From the NCBI GenBank assembly GCA_002633005.1, contig NMRA01000667.1, positions 1 to 35,972 of the forward strand: a stretch of DNA of 35,972 nucleotides, in the 5' to 3' direction. Shown one piece after another: positions 34,457 to 35,972 of this stretch. The position numbers were made by a program, and so were the translations under genes. This stretch comes from Phoronis australis. Taxonomy: Eukaryota; Animalia; Phoronida. Position 1 is the stretch's first letter; each line of letters starts with the position of its first letter. A model generated the notes under the pieces. That model did not search any database, was not told where the DNA came from, and saw nothing but the letters and a program-made list of their open reading frames with translations.

Positions 34457-34956
34457 CAGTGGTCAACGCTTATCTTGACGCCTGGTTGCCAAATGCGAGT
34501 TCGCGAAAATCCCAGTTCGCCAAACAAAATCTGAGGGCACCAAAATCGACCAAAAAGAATAACGTGGTGGCGCACTCCGTTTTCAAAGAATTAGGCGTAC
34601 TATTTCCACTTCTCCCCGTAAAAGAATATGCACCATTTACTTCAAGTTCAATTTCTCGTGCCCAGTGCAACGAAGAACGCAGACGGTCGCACTAGAAGCA
34701 TGTGTTTCATGGTCCGATTTTTCTCGAACGTGCACTGATTTCACGAAATAAACGGAACAGTTGTGAACCAAAGGTATCGAATCTAGGAAAACTGTTAGTA
34801 TGTTAAAGTTTGGAAGTCACCACAAATTTTGAAGAGAGAATTATCATGTGCGACTTTGATACTCGCAGTGGCGAGTTAGGATTTTTCCGCCGCCCGCCTT
34901 GCACAATCTGAAGACACTTGGCGATGACTAGCTGTAGGTCGCAAAATCGAGCACTG
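34457..34956. mobile_element. 500-bp MITE with CAGTG...CACTG termini and 5-bp TSD (hAT5-like)
   Basis: Ends CAGTGGTCAA / TCGAGCACTG; subterminal inverted blocks (gaaaatcccagttcgcca vs tggcgagttaggatttt); ACAGG on both flanks. Confidence 0.55.
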
Positions 34957-35972
34957 ACAGGGCACATGTTTACAGCTATAGAATTTACGGGCATGTTTAC
35001 CGTGTAAACCAACCGTGCTATCTAGGCTGAGTGAGTAGGCCAACATTGATATTTATTTGAAGGATCAGTTGATAAAAATACAAGTCGATTCATCTACCAT
35101 AACGCAAATACTTGAGCTCTTCCTAAGTTTCAAGAACGCACGTGCTTAATTGTTTCACAAAACACTTCACATTTTTCAGTCTGTTTTACTCGAAAAATTG
35201 ACGTTCAGTAGATCTTAAGCGTGCGCATTTGTACTAACATAAATAACTATTGACACTACAAAAACAGGTTGTTCGCGTCCGAAAAACAGGGGGCCGGTCT
35301 TTCATGAAAATGAAAAATGGATTTGGGCCCTAAAACAAAAACATTGCACTTAGAAGGCGAAGAAACAGTTTGAAAATTTTAACTGTTCAAAATACCCCAT
35401 GCGTAACTGAAAATGATGTATGTGCTTGTCTACTGTCCGTCGGCCACGCCATCAAAACATTCCGCTTTGACACACAACGAAATTGAGTTATTCGCATATA
35501 TTATTGTGATTTTCCACGCGATTTAGCCTTCGAGGTGTTGTGGCACCGGCACTTTCCCGTTTGATTCAAACAAAAACGCGTTTTCGGGTGTTGCAGCAGA
35601 TCATTTAACCCTACCTAGCTTGGGCGGAATTGCCAAATAACAAGATGTACTGCTTTTTCGACTCAGTTATCCCGTTTCTTCTTTCCCAAACGTTGGCACC
35701 TTTTTAGGCCAATTTACTTTGTTTTGATCCATTTTGAGGAAACTGAAAAAATGGATACTCGAATTGCTAGTTTTTTTTTTGTTTTTTTTTTTTAAATACG
35801 TTTACTTACCCAGAAAGCATATCATTATTGAATAGTAGATACGGCTGGGGTTGGGTAGCCTCAACTACGTATCTTTACAACTTACTAGAGTATAATACAT
35901 CATCTTAATTAAACAAATAAGTATCTGGAAATTACTCCTAATGATTGGGCGAATAATTAGCCGAGAATAATA

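Overview
AT-rich eukaryotic (metazoan) genomic DNA, most likely a marine invertebrate deuterostome (inference from protein similarity and repeat style). The minus strand carries a complete exocyst subunit gene EXOC3/Sec6. I reconstructed 19 GT-AG coding exons by hand (29129 to 3685; 2223 nt, 740 aa, all phases consistent), plus a probable non-coding first exon. Head-to-head with it, across a ~150-bp ETS/E-box promoter, is a two-exon plus-strand gene (30956-33312) for a 141-aa multi-pass membrane protein that I cannot name and that ends in the Hsp70/Hsp90-type motif EEVD. A 9.9-kb EXOC3 intron (7598-17530) contains a higher-order tandem array (four ~1.5-kb units, each made of two homologous halves). 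On the antisense (+) strand this array reads as a decayed multi-C2H2-zinc-finger coding sequence with consensus-like splice signals. The rest is intronic or intergenic DNA with several non-autonomous DNA transposons (10-bp-TSD and 5-bp-TSD types), a tRNA-derived SINE head, fold-backs, mini/microsatellites, and two duplications beside N gaps that are probably assembly artefacts. Most supplied ORFs are exon fragments or noise.
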